Positions 1 through 9,416 of a DNA stretch of 64,000 bases are shown here, piece by piece. Location: contig JACQGI010000015.1 in assembly GCA_016199625.1 (NCBI GenBank), positions 3,822 to 67,821 on the forward strand. Direction: 5' to 3'. Below the pieces are notes generated by a model, which did not search any database, had not been told where the DNA came from, and saw nothing but the letters and a program-made list of their open reading frames with translations. The translations under genes were made by a program, and so were the position numbers. The DNA is from Acidobacteriota bacterium (GTDB taxonomy: Bacteria; Acidobacteriota; Vicinamibacteria; Fen-336). Position 1 is the first letter of the stretch, and each line of letters opens with the position of its first letter.

Positions 1-276
1 CGACGGCCCGACGAACACGGCGATGGGCGTCTTGCAGTTGAGCATCTTGTCGATGATCTGCCGCATCGACGTGTCGAGCCCGCCGGGGGTGTCGAGACGG
101 AGGACGAGCAGCGGAGCCCCGGCCGTGTCGGCCGCCTCGATCGCCGCGACCACGTGGCCTGCGGTGACCGCGTGGACGACGCCGTCGAGCTCGACGACAG
201 GGATCTCGGCCGTGGCGCGCGACCCCGCGAGCAGGGCCGCGACAGCCGCGAAGAGGGCTCGCGTGCGGAGGAACAC
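1..276 (-). CDS. nfeD: NfeD-family membrane-bound serine protease (ClpP class), N-terminal part, runs off the window
   Basis: My translation of the minus strand (not in the ORF track): signal peptide, then IPVVELDGVVHAVTAGHVVAAIEAA...LLVLRLDTPGGLDTSMRQIIDKMLNCKTPIAVFVGPS. Start is GTG 276 or TTG 282. Confidence 0.85.
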   Translation of the reverse strand, partial: MFLRTRALFAAVAALLAGSRATAEIPVVELDGVVHAVTAGHVVAAIEAADTAGAPLLVLRLDTPGGLDTSMRQIIDKMLNCKTPIAVFVGPS

Positions 277-281
277 GAGCA

Positions 282-311
282 AGTGTAGTCGAATCAATGG
301 CTTCCTGTCAA
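282..311 (-). promoter_or_regulatory. sigma-70-type promoter of nfeD
   Basis: Minus strand TTGACA-N18-TACACT, 5 nt before the GTG. Confidence 0.55.
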
Positions 312-341
312 TCGTTCGGTGCCGTGATAAGATGGCCGATC

Positions 342-683
342 ATGTTCGGTACCCTGGGCGGCCCTGAGCTGCTCCTCATCCTGGTGATCGCGCTCATCGT
401 CTTCGGCCCGAGGAAGCTCCCGGAGATGGGCCGGAGCATGGGGAAGATGCTCGCCGAGTTCCGCAAGGCCTCGACGGAGTTCCGGCGCACGATCGAGGAC
501 GAAGTGGAGAGCGAGAAGGCCCGCGAGGCGCGCCTGGTTCCGCCGCCCGCGGCTCTCCCCACGATCGCCTCCGGCGCCCCACCGGCGACCGAGGGGGGAC
601 CGGCTGGGCCCGCGGCGCCGCGGCCCGAGCCGGCGCCCGACACGACGAGCCGGGAAGCCGCGCCTCCCGCGGACACCAAGTAA
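342..683 (+). CDS. tatA: Twin-arginine translocase TatA/TatB subunit
   Basis: MFGTLGGPELLLILVIALIVFGPRKLPEMGRSMGK; directly upstream of tatC. TatA versus TatB not resolved. Confidence 0.9.
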   Translation: MFGTLGGPELLLILVIALIVFGPRKLPEMGRSMGKMLAEFRKASTEFRRTIEDEVESEKAREARLVPPPAALPTIASGAPPATEGGPAGPAAPRPEPAPDTTSREAAPPADTK

Positions 684-695
684 GGCCGCCAGGAC

Positions 696-1466
696 GTGGC
701 CCTGAAGGCGCTCCCCGGCCCCGACCGCATGTCGTTCCTCGAGCACCTCGAGGAGCTCCGCGGCCGCCTGGTCCGGAGCCTCCTGGCCCTCGTCGTCGGT
801 TTCGCGGTGTGCTGGGGCTTCGCCGATCGGATCTTCCACTTCATCACGGAGCCGATGCGGCGCGCCGACTCCAAGGTGCAGTTCATCTACACGGCCCCCA
901 CGGAGGCGTTCTTCCTGTACATGAAGATGGCGTTCTTCGTGGGCATCTTCGTGGCCGCGCCGTACGTCCTGTACCAGGTCTGGGCCTTCATCGCCCCGGG
1001 CCTGTATCCCCACGAGCGGGCCTACGCCGTCCCCTTCATCCTCTTCGGCAGCGTCTTCTTCGTCCTTGGGGGCCTCTTCGGCCACTACGTCCTCTTCCCC
1101 ATGACCTTCAAGTTCCTGGGCGAGTACGCGGGCACCGAGATGACGTTCATGCCGAAGGTGGACGAGTACTACTCCTTCTACTCGTGGTTCCTGCTGGGCC
1201 TCGGCCTCGTCTTCCAGCTCCCCGTCGTGATCTTCGTCCTCGCGCGGATCGGCCTCGTGACCGCCGGCTTCCTGCTGCGCAGCTTCAAGTACGCGTTCCT
1301 GGCTTCGTTCGTCGTGTCGGCTGTGATCACCCCCTCGGGGGACATCGTGACGCAGTCGGTGCTGGCGGTTCCCATGATGGGACTCTACCTCCTGGGGGTG
1401 GTCGTGGCCTGGCTCTTCGGCAAGCCGCGGCGCGCGCCGGAGCCGGCGGTCAGCGCGGAAGGCTGA
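696..1466 (+). CDS. tatC: Twin-arginine translocase TatC
   Basis: MSFLEHLEELRGRL, YQVWAFIAPGLY, FQLPVV, AVITPSGD motifs. Confidence 0.97.
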   Translation: MALKALPGPDRMSFLEHLEELRGRLVRSLLALVVGFAVCWGFADRIFHFITEPMRRADSKVQFIYTAPTEAFFLYMKMAFFVGIFVAAPYVLYQVWAFIAPGLYPHERAYAVPFILFGSVFFVLGGLFGHYVLFPMTFKFLGEYAGTEMTFMPKVDEYYSFYSWFLLGLGLVFQLPVVIFVLARIGLVTAGFLLRSFKYAFLASFVVSAVITPSGDIVTQSVLAVPMMGLYLLGVVVAWLFGKPRRAPEPAVSAEG

Positions 1467-1896
1467 AGGCGACGGTCGAGCCCACCGTGGCCTTCTCGCG
1501 GCGGGCCTGGCCCGAGTTGATCTCGACGACGTAGGAGGCCCGCCGGAGGGGCTGGTACACCGGGCACGGCTCGGCCCTGCACGGAGGAGCGCCCTGCTCG
1601 ACGTGGACCACACGGCGCTCGTCGTCGAGCCAGAGGATGTCGATCGGGAACTTGCAGTTCTTCATCCAGATGCCGTGGAAGTCGGCCTCTTCGAAGACGA
1701 ACAGCATTCCGCGGTCCTGGGACAGGGACGGGCGGAACATGAGGCCCATGGCGCGGTCCTCGTCGCGGACCATCACTTCGGCCTCGAGGACCTTCCCCGA
1801 AGGCAGCGTCAAGGGGATCACGGCGGGGCCGGCGGCGGACTGAGACGGGAGCGCCAGCAGGGGAACCGCGAGTAGCCGAAGGACCCGGAGCGACAT
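1450..1896 (-). CDS. DUF192-family exported protein
   Basis: Signal peptide; RAMGLMFR..GMLFVF..IWMKN..FPIDILW..YVVEINSG. Confidence 0.88.
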   Translation of the reverse strand: MSLRVLRLLAVPLLALPSQSAAGPAVIPLTLPSGKVLEAEVMVRDEDRAMGLMFRPSLSQDRGMLFVFEEADFHGIWMKNCKFPIDILWLDDERRVVHVEQGAPPCRAEPCPVYQPLRRASYVVEINSGQARREKATVGSTVAFSLPR

Positions 1897-1965
1897 CCAT
1901 GCCGATCGTACCATCCCGCACGAGGGACACCCAGCCGATCCTCGCGTGGCCGGCGAGCGGGTCCC

Positions 1966-4035
1966 TCAGGACGACGGCTGGCGGATGACCCGGGCCGTGA
2001 GCAGGAGCAGCGCCACGACGGCCGCGAGGAGCGTTCCCCAGAGCAGCAGCGTGGGCGGGGCGTCGCTGAAGTAGTCGCCCGCGAACCGGCGGAAGGCGGG
2101 ATTCGCCTCGGCGGGGGCCGCGGCGGCCGCCAGGGCCGAGTACGAGAGCACCTCCTGCCGCAGGCTCGCGAGGTCGTAACGCGGCGCCCGTGCCTCGCGA
2201 TTCCCGAGGAGGAGGCGGTACGCACCGGGGCCGGTCTTCAACGTCACGCGCGGGACGCGCACGACGGCCCGGGCGGCCGTCAGCGTCAGGGGCGCGTTGT
2301 CGCCCTCGTCCACCTCGAGGACGAGCTCCGAGAGGCGGGAGCCGTCGAGGGCGACGACGAGAGGCGGCGCCGGCACCGAGGCGCGCGCCTCCACCCTGCG
2401 TGAGAGGCGACCCGAGAAAAGGGACCGCTCGCCACGGCGCCCAGGGGCGTCCACGAGCACTCGCGCGGGCCGGTCGAAGAAGGCCTCCTGGACGTCGATC
2501 TCGACCGATGCGAGCGGCAGCGTCAGCGGCTTGCCCGACGCGGGGTCGCGGAGGAGCAGCCGGTATCGGCTCACGCTGCGCTCGCCGGTCCGCAGCGGCC
2601 GCGATGCCCGCTCGAAGGTGAGAGGCTCGCGGGCCTCGGCCGCCCCCGTCTCGAGGACGTAGGGCACCTGCCGGTCGGCCTCGTCCACGATGCGCAGGTC
2701 CCCCAGGTCGGGCCGCAGCGTCGCGAGGTCCCCGGCCGCCAGGGTGACGGCGTAGAGGTCCTCGCGCCCGCCCAGCGCCAGCGTCCGCACCGACCGCCAC
2801 CGGTGGACTTCGACGGGGGCGCCGCGTGGCGGGGCGAACGGCAGCGGGGCCGCCTTGCGGTAGCGCGGGTTCTCCGCCTCGGGGCCCGCGCTCGCCGCCG
2901 CCAGGTCGCCGCTCGCGGCCAGCCGGCCGCGGACCGGCCCCAGGTCGTACAGGGGCGCCCGGGTGACCTCGTTGCCGTAGTACAGCGCGTGCGGTCCCGG
3001 GCCGCCGGCGAAGAGCAGCCGGACGGCCGCCCCCGCCAGCGACAGGCGCAGCCGACGGAGCGGCGGGCTGTCGCCGTCCTCCACTTCGAGGACGATCTCC
3101 CCCGCCTCCGCCCGGGTAGCGAAGGCCAGCGTCAGGCACTCCCCCGAGAGCGCCGCGTCGCGGAGCTGCACGCGGTACAGCAGCCCTTCGGCCAGCGGGC
3201 GCTCGTCCACGCGCCCCCCCCTCTCGCGCACCTCGAGAACCCGGACGCGGCGCGCGAAAGCGGCGTCGTCGGCCTCGAGGCGCAGGATCTCGAGGGGGAA
3301 GGTCGCCGGCAGGTCCAGGCGATACCGACTCGCCGACGCCTTCCTTCCGAGCGACGTCAGCGTCACGGGGCGCGTCCACTCCTCGCCTTCGGCCCGGCGA
3401 GTGGCGGTGACCTCCACGCCGCTGACGTCCACGGCCGGGGACCGGCGGTCGTCCGCAACCGTGAGCCGGAGGTAGCGGGCCCGCTCGGGGCCGCCGAGGG
3501 CGATGGTCGTGTGGCGCACGCGCGGCGTCCATGGCGCCTCGAACACCCCTGCGTCGTCCCGTAGGAGGCGCCACGCCGCGAGGTCGGCCGACGCCTCGAG
3601 GCGCACGCGCTTGGCGAAGTCCCGTGCGTCGATGGCCAGGCGCACGGTGTCGAACGTCCGGTCCTCGCCCAGGTCCACGGTCCACACGCTGCGCCCGCGG
3701 CCCTCCTCGGCGGGGCCCATGGGCTCTCGCCGGGTGTCGAGGAGGCGCCCCGCCCAGCTTCGCGTCGTCTCCCGCTCCACCACCCGGTCCACGACGTAGG
3801 GGACGTCGGCCCCGTCGGGCCCGACGAGGCGCACGTCGCGCAGGTCGGCCTGGCTCCGCGCGACGACCTCGGGCGCGAGCGTCAGTGCCGCGAAGCCGCC
3901 CTCGGTCCCGGCACCGGAGAGAACCACCGCGCGCCGATGGCGCCAGGCGGAACGCTCCTCGTCCCGGTCGGGACCCTGGGCCGCGACGGCGGATGGCAGA
4001 AGGACGACGAGCAGGATGACGACCGGTCGCTTCAC
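1966..4035 (-). CDS. DUF3999-like exported protein with C-terminal membrane anchor and an internally duplicated domain
   Basis: GTG start overlaps the upstream stop (GTGA); signal peptide; DLRDVRLV..VPY, DGDSPPL and YYGN..AP.YDL motifs occur twice; C-terminal LLWGTLLAAVVALLLL. Confidence 0.75.
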   Translation of the reverse strand: MKRPVVILLVVLLPSAVAAQGPDRDEERSAWRHRRAVVLSGAGTEGGFAALTLAPEVVARSQADLRDVRLVGPDGADVPYVVDRVVERETTRSWAGRLLDTRREPMGPAEEGRGRSVWTVDLGEDRTFDTVRLAIDARDFAKRVRLEASADLAAWRLLRDDAGVFEAPWTPRVRHTTIALGGPERARYLRLTVADDRRSPAVDVSGVEVTATRRAEGEEWTRPVTLTSLGRKASASRYRLDLPATFPLEILRLEADDAAFARRVRVLEVRERGGRVDERPLAEGLLYRVQLRDAALSGECLTLAFATRAEAGEIVLEVEDGDSPPLRRLRLSLAGAAVRLLFAGGPGPHALYYGNEVTRAPLYDLGPVRGRLAASGDLAAASAGPEAENPRYRKAAPLPFAPPRGAPVEVHRWRSVRTLALGGREDLYAVTLAAGDLATLRPDLGDLRIVDEADRQVPYVLETGAAEAREPLTFERASRPLRTGERSVSRYRLLLRDPASGKPLTLPLASVEIDVQEAFFDRPARVLVDAPGRRGERSLFSGRLSRRVEARASVPAPPLVVALDGSRLSELVLEVDEGDNAPLTLTAARAVVRVPRVTLKTGPGAYRLLLGNREARAPRYDLASLRQEVLSYSALAAAAAPAEANPAFRRFAGDYFSDAPPTLLLWGTLLAAVVALLLLTARVIRQPSS

Positions 4036-7000
4036 TTCGCCTCCTCCCGCGCCGACACGAAGCGCTGGTAGAGCAGGGACACCAGGATCAGCGACACCCC
4101 CAGGCCGAGGAACGAGAGGATGCGGTAGAGGCCCGTGAGGTTCGCGAGGTCGTAGAGGAACACCTTGGCCACGGTGAGGAGGAGGAAGCCCAGGGAGATC
4201 ATCCGCAGCGCCCGCACCTCGCGCAGGAGGCCGATCACCAGCAGGACCATGGCGTAGAGCCCCCACGCCACCGACATGGTGAGGTCCCGCTCGAGCTGGC
4301 GCCTCATGGCGAACTCCGCGTACGGGCCCGTGGAGAAGAAGTCCACGATCTCGAGGTTGACGAGCCAGAAGACCAGCAGCAGGCCGAGGAAGGCGGCGGC
4401 GGGGCCCACCCGCGTCGTGTCGCCCGCACGCCTCAGGAACCACGCCCCCGCGAAACAGCAGAGAGCCGACACGCCGTAGGTGTACAGCAGCCAGTTGACG
4501 ATCGGGAACCCACGCTCCTGGTAACGCAGCACCTCTGGGTTCAGCAGCAGCCGCGCGCCGACGAAGGCGTACAGCAGCGCGCCGAAGAGCTTGAGCCCGG
4601 GATGCGGCAGGCGGCTGAACAGCCAGAGGACCGCCGCGGCCTCGAGAGCCCAGCCGAGGGTGATCCACTGCCGGTCGAGCTGCAGTGGGATGGCGAGGGC
4701 CACGAAGCCGAGGGCGATGGCGGCGAACAGGGCCAGGTACCGCAGGCGCAGGTGCTGGCCTCCGGCGTCGGCCGGCGACGCCGTGAAGCGCCGGGCCACC
4801 CCCGAGAGCGCCGCCACGGTGAGCCCCGCCTGGACGACCGGGAGCGCTCCGATCCACGCCTTCCCCCAGACGGCCACGATGGCCTGGTGGAGGGCGAGGA
4901 AGAAGGCGGGGCCGGAGAGCGCCGACGTGAGCCAGGGGAGGGGCCTCCCCCGCCACAGGCTGCGGACGGGGGCGGGGACGAGAAACGGCAGAGCCAGGAA
5001 CGCCAGGAAGAAGGCTGCGTAGAGGGGCAACACGACGCCCACGTCCGTCGGGTGGAAGTAGCTCTCCTGCCAGACGACGGCGAAGAGCGCCGAGACCGCG
5101 AGCCCGACGGGCAGGAGCGGCGTCCAGTCCCTCCGCAGGACCGAGGCGACGAGGAGCACCATGGAGACGCCCAGGGCCGCGAAGAGCGGCCAGGGATCGC
5201 CTCCCCGCTCGGCGGACCCGAGGCACCCGAAGAGCCCCGCGAGGAAGACGAGGTTCGCCCCCACGACGGCCGCCTCGTCCTCGTCGGCGTTCACGGGCGC
5301 GCGGGAGCGGAGGGCCGCCACGAGGGAGAGTGCGAGGGTGAGGAGCAATCCGACGGCCAGGTTGCGCAGCAGCGTCTCGCCCGCCGCGTTGCGGAAGAAC
5401 CAGATCTGGACGAGGACCGCGCAGGCGATGCCGCCGACGGCCGCGACGCCCGGGATCCGCTCCTCGCCCGTGCGCTCCACGAGCAGGCCGAAGAGAGCGG
5501 CCAGGAGGACCACGAAGGCCCAGGGCGGCTCGCCGAAGCCGCGCGCCACCAGGACCAGGGCGAAGAGACCGAGGCCGCCCAGCCCCACGAGGCCGGCCGC
5601 CTCCAGAAGGCTCGAGGACTCGAGCGCCTCGGGGGCGACGCGGGCGGCGAGGCGCTTGGGCGCGTTGAGGAGCGCCACGAGGGCGATGGCCGCGAGGGTC
5701 GGTCCCCACAGCGTCTCGCGCGCCAGCCCCTGGCCCGCCCAGAGCGGCAGCGTCAGCGCGGTGGCCAGGGCGCCGCCGAGAAGGAGCGGCACGCGGCCCC
5801 GGAGCAGCGCCACGGCCACGAGCGCCGCGTCGAGGAGGCCCACGTATCCGAAGAGCAGCGGCCACTCGGCCGAGTACGCCCGGTTCCCGGCGATGAGGAC
5901 GGCGAAGAGGAACGGCACCGTGCCACCGAGGGCCCCGGCCTGGAGCAGCGGCTGCGAGTCCTCGGCGTCCTTCGAGAGGACCGGCAGCAGCAGGTACAGC
6001 AGCCCGAAGACCAGGAAGGCGGTGAGGCCCACGAGCATCTTCTCGGGCGCCATGAACTTCCCGAACCAGCCCAGCTCGATGACGAACGTGCCGGCGAGAG
6101 CGAGCAGGACGAGGCCGTGCCAGCGCTTCTTGAGCGCCACGGCCAGGAGGCCGACGTTGAGCAGCAGGATGTACGAGAAGAGGCCCACCGGCCGATCGAC
6201 GCCCGTCGAGAGCGCGAGCGGGGTCGCGAAGCCGCCGAGGAGGCCGAGGATCGCCGTGAAGTAGGCGTCGTAGCGCACCGCGAGGACACCCGCCAGGACC
6301 GTGACGAGGCTCATGAGGGCGAAGGTGAGGGCGAGCGGGAAGAGGTGGTAGAGGCTGTGGCCGGCGAAGAAGGCCACGTAGAGGATCGCGATCCCGGCGC
6401 CCGAGACCGCATTCGCCGTCGTGGAATAGCCGCGGCGCAGGCTCAGCTCCGCCCAGGCGAGGCTGCCGACGCCGGCCGCCACCAGGGCCGCGATCCGGAG
6501 CTGCGGCGTGATGAGGCCCTGGTCAATCGCCCACTTGGCGAAGAACAGGCTCGCGATGACGATGGTGATCCCGCCGAGCCAGGCGGCGCCCTTGAGCCCC
6601 AGGAGGCTCTCCCAGTCGAACGAGGGCGGAGGCGCCTGGGGCGGCTCGGGCCGCGGCGGTGCCGGCCGGGGAGGTTGCGTCGGCGGTGGCGTGGGCCGGG
6701 GCGTCTCGGCGCCCCGCGCCGGCGGCCCGGGGGCTCGCACGGCGCCCGCCGCGGGTGGCGGAGCGGCGGGGGGCGACGGAGGCGCAGCCGGGACCGGTGT
6801 CGGAGCAGGGGCCGGGGGGGAAACGGGCGCGGCCGCGGGAGCGGCCTCGCCGGCCTTTGCCGCGGGATGCACGGCCGCGGCCAGCCTCTTGGCCAGGGCC
6901 TCCACACGCGTCTCGAGCGCCCCGATCGTCGCCTGCGCGGAGCGCAGGTCCGTCTGGACGCGCGAGGACCGCACCAGCGCGACGATGGCCAGCACTGGCG

Positions 7001-7094
7001 CCACGAGAGCCGCCAGCAACAACCCCAGGCCGACCAGGACGAGAATCGCCTCCACGGCCCACCCTCCTGCGGCCGAGACCGCCGGCCGCTCCAC
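4032..7094 (-). CDS. DUF2339-family polytopic membrane protein
   Basis: N-terminal TM, coiled coil and Pro-rich linker, then WESLLG..AAWLGG, many TM helices, C-terminal KVFLYDL..L.GLYRILSFLGLG. Start uncertain. Confidence 0.88.
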   Translation of the reverse strand: MERPAVSAAGGWAVEAILVLVGLGLLLAALVAPVLAIVALVRSSRVQTDLRSAQATIGALETRVEALAKRLAAAVHPAAKAGEAAPAAAPVSPPAPAPTPVPAAPPSPPAAPPPAAGAVRAPGPPARGAETPRPTPPPTQPPRPAPPRPEPPQAPPPSFDWESLLGLKGAAWLGGITIVIASLFFAKWAIDQGLITPQLRIAALVAAGVGSLAWAELSLRRGYSTTANAVSGAGIAILYVAFFAGHSLYHLFPLALTFALMSLVTVLAGVLAVRYDAYFTAILGLLGGFATPLALSTGVDRPVGLFSYILLLNVGLLAVALKKRWHGLVLLALAGTFVIELGWFGKFMAPEKMLVGLTAFLVFGLLYLLLPVLSKDAEDSQPLLQAGALGGTVPFLFAVLIAGNRAYSAEWPLLFGYVGLLDAALVAVALLRGRVPLLLGGALATALTLPLWAGQGLARETLWGPTLAAIALVALLNAPKRLAARVAPEALESSSLLEAAGLVGLGGLGLFALVLVARGFGEPPWAFVVLLAALFGLLVERTGEERIPGVAAVGGIACAVLVQIWFFRNAAGETLLRNLAVGLLLTLALSLVAALRSRAPVNADEDEAAVVGANLVFLAGLFGCLGSAERGGDPWPLFAALGVSMVLLVASVLRRDWTPLLPVGLAVSALFAVVWQESYFHPTDVGVVLPLYAAFFLAFLALPFLVPAPVRSLWRGRPLPWLTSALSGPAFFLALHQAIVAVWGKAWIGALPVVQAGLTVAALSGVARRFTASPADAGGQHLRLRYLALFAAIALGFVALAIPLQLDRQWITLGWALEAAAVLWLFSRLPHPGLKLFGALLYAFVGARLLLNPEVLRYQERGFPIVNWLLYTYGVSALCCFAGAWFLRRAGDTTRVGPAAAFLGLLLVFWLVNLEIVDFFSTGPYAEFAMRRQLERDLTMSVAWGLYAMVLLVIGLLREVRALRMISLGFLLLTVAKVFLYDLANLTGLYRILSFLGLGVSLILVSLLYQRFVSAREEAK

Positions 7095-7164
7095 CGCCTT
7101 CAGGAGTACGGTACGGGCCCGGGCCGGCCGGCGACCGGCGCCCTTGTGACGGTTGCGAAACCGT

Positions 7165-7866
7165 CTACTTCCGGATCTCCCCCGTCATCGGGACGAAGCG
7201 TACCGGGAGGACGCTGCGCTGCTCGAAGCGGGTGCCGCGCCGCGTCAGGACCACGAGCTCCTGGTACTCGTCCCCCACCGGGATGACCAGGCGTCCGCCG
7301 TCCGCGAGCTGTGCCTTGAGCGGCTCGGGGATCCGAGGGGCGGCCGCCGTGACCATGATGCCGGCGAACGGCGCGGCCTCGGGCCAGCCCTGGTAGCCGT
7401 CACCCGCCCGCACCTCGACGTTCCGGTAGCCCAGCCGCAGGAGGCGCTCCTTCGCTTCGAGGGCCAGGGGCTCCACGATCTCGATGGTGAACACCCTGGC
7501 GGCGATTTCAGCCAGGACCGCCGCCTGATAGCCGGACCCGGTTCCGACCTCGAGAACGGTCTCGCCCCCCCTGAGGCCCAGCGCTTCGGTCATGAAGGCG
7601 ACGATGTAGGGCTGGGAGATCGTCTGCCCGTGGCCGATAGGAAGCGGGTGGTCGTCGTACGACTCGGCGACGAGGCCCGGAGGAACGAACAGGTGTCGCG
7701 GCACCTTCCGCAGAGCCGCCAGCGCCTTCGCGTCGCGGACCTCCCGGGCCTCGATCTGATCCGCGACCATCCGCTCCCGCGCCTGCGCCAGCGCGGCCTC
7801 GTCGGTCGCGACGGAGGCCGGCGCGCAGGAGAGCGCCGAGAGCGCCAACAGGCGGGCCATGAGCAT
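7165..7866 (-). CDS. pcm: Protein-L-isoaspartate O-methyltransferase
   Basis: VPRHLFV, GQTISQPYIVA, VLEVGTGSGYQAAVLA, GDGYQGWPEAAPF, VRFVPM. Confidence 0.96.
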   Translation of the reverse strand: MLMARLLALSALSCAPASVATDEAALAQARERMVADQIEAREVRDAKALAALRKVPRHLFVPPGLVAESYDDHPLPIGHGQTISQPYIVAFMTEALGLRGGETVLEVGTGSGYQAAVLAEIAARVFTIEIVEPLALEAKERLLRLGYRNVEVRAGDGYQGWPEAAPFAGIMVTAAAPRIPEPLKAQLADGGRLVIPVGDEYQELVVLTRRGTRFEQRSVLPVRFVPMTGEIRK

Positions 7867-7962
7867 CGCCGGGGGGCTGCGAATACCCTAGTTCACCACA
7901 ACTCCGCCGACCACGGCAACCGCCTGAGGGCGGGGTGCGCCGAGCGCGGTGCGTTTCAGCCG

Positions 7963-9414
7963 TCAGTACGCCTGCGCGAAGTAGACCTCGCGGGGCGACG
8001 GCTTCCCGCAGCGGACGCACGCGCCCGCCGCGGCCTCCCCCTCGGTGGGGATCACGCGGATCGTGGCTTTGGTCTCTTCCTTCACCTTGGCCTCGCAGGC
8101 GGCGTCGCCGCACCAGCCGGCGACGAGGAAGCCGCGCTTCGCCTCCATGACCTGCTCGAACTGGTCGTACGTCGTCACCCGAGTCGTGTCGTCGGCCATG
8201 AACTTCCGGGCACGTTCGAGGAGCTGGCGCTGCATCGCCCCGAGGCGCTGCGGGACCTCGACGGCGAGACCGGCCAGCGGGACGAAGGCCTTCTCCCGGC
8301 TGTCGCGGCGGACGAGCACGCACTGGTCCTTCTCGATGTCCTTGGGCCCGATCTCGAGGCGCAGCGGCACGCCGCGCATCTCCCAGTCGGCGTACTTGAA
8401 CCCGGGCTGCTGTGTGTCCCGGTCGTCGAGGTGGACGCGCACGCCGGCCGCTCGCAGCACGGCCGCCACCTCACGGGCCTTGGGCAGCACCTGCTCGTTC
8501 CAGTCCCCCTTCCGCGGCGGGATGGGCACGATGACGACCTGGTGAGGGGCGATCCGGGGCGGGAGGACGAGGCCCGAGTCGTCGCCGTGGGTCATGATCA
8601 TCCCGCCCACCATGCGGGTGGAGGTGCCCCAGGACGTGGACCAGGGCTTCACACGCTGCTGGTTCCGGTCCAGGTACTCGATGCCGTAGGCCGTGGCGAA
8701 GTGCTGGCCGAGGTTGTGGGACGTCCCCGCCTGGAGCGCCTTCCCGTCGGACATCAGGGCCTCGATGGCATAGGTGCGCAGCGCGCCGGCGAACTTCTCG
8801 GTGTCGGACTTCCGGCCCCAGACCACGGGCATCGCGAGGATCTCCTCCGAGAAGCTCCGGTAGACGTGGAGCATCTTGAGGGTCTCCTCCTCGGCTTGGG
8901 CCTCGGTCTCGTGGAGCGTGTGCCCTTCCTGCCACAGGAACTCCGTCGTGCGCAGGAACGGCCGCGTGACCTTTTCCCAGCGCACGACGTTGGCCCACTG
9001 GTTGATGAGGATGGGCAGGTCGCGCCACGACTTCACCCACTTGGCGTACATCGAGCAGATGATCGCCTCGGAGGTCGGTCGCACCGCGAGCGGCTCCTCG
9101 AGCTCCTCCCCCCCGCCGACGGTCACCCAGGCGCACTCCGGGGAGAAGCCCTCGACGTGCTCCTTCTCCTTCTCGAGGTAGCTCTTCGGGATGAACAGCG
9201 GGAAGTACGCGTTGACGTGGCCGGTCTCCTTGATGCGCCGGTCCATGTCGGCCTGCATGTTCTCCCAGACCGCGTAGCCGTAAGGGCGGATGATCATGCA
9301 GCCCTTGACCGGCCCGTAGTCGGCCATCTCCGCCTTGAGGACCACGTCCAGGTACCACTGGGAGAAGTCCTGGCTCTTGGGCGTGATCTCCTTGAGGGTG
9401 CGCTCTTTTTCCAT
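7963..9414 (-). CDS. proS: Proline--tRNA ligase (archaeal/eukaryotic-like type)
   Basis: DFSQWY, VRPTSE, INQWANVVRWE..RPFLRTTEFLWQEGHT, QAGTSHNLGQHF, C-terminal FAQAY. Confidence 0.97.
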   Translation of the reverse strand: MEKERTLKEITPKSQDFSQWYLDVVLKAEMADYGPVKGCMIIRPYGYAVWENMQADMDRRIKETGHVNAYFPLFIPKSYLEKEKEHVEGFSPECAWVTVGGGEELEEPLAVRPTSEAIICSMYAKWVKSWRDLPILINQWANVVRWEKVTRPFLRTTEFLWQEGHTLHETEAQAEEETLKMLHVYRSFSEEILAMPVVWGRKSDTEKFAGALRTYAIEALMSDGKALQAGTSHNLGQHFATAYGIEYLDRNQQRVKPWSTSWGTSTRMVGGMIMTHGDDSGLVLPPRIAPHQVVIVPIPPRKGDWNEQVLPKAREVAAVLRAAGVRVHLDDRDTQQPGFKYADWEMRGVPLRLEIGPKDIEKDQCVLVRRDSREKAFVPLAGLAVEVPQRLGAMQRQLLERARKFMADDTTRVTTYDQFEQVMEAKRGFLVAGWCGDAACEAKVKEETKATIRVIPTEGEAAAGACVRCGKPSPREVYFAQAY

Positions 9415-9416
9415 GG

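Noticed and set aside
6620-6880. Pro/Ala-rich repetitive stretch in DUF2339
   Set aside because: Ordinary low-complexity linker, not a DNA repeat array.
7867-7962. proS-pcm spacer as possible riboswitch or sRNA
   Set aside because: No recognisable aptamer consensus or convincing stem; an Rfam search would be needed.
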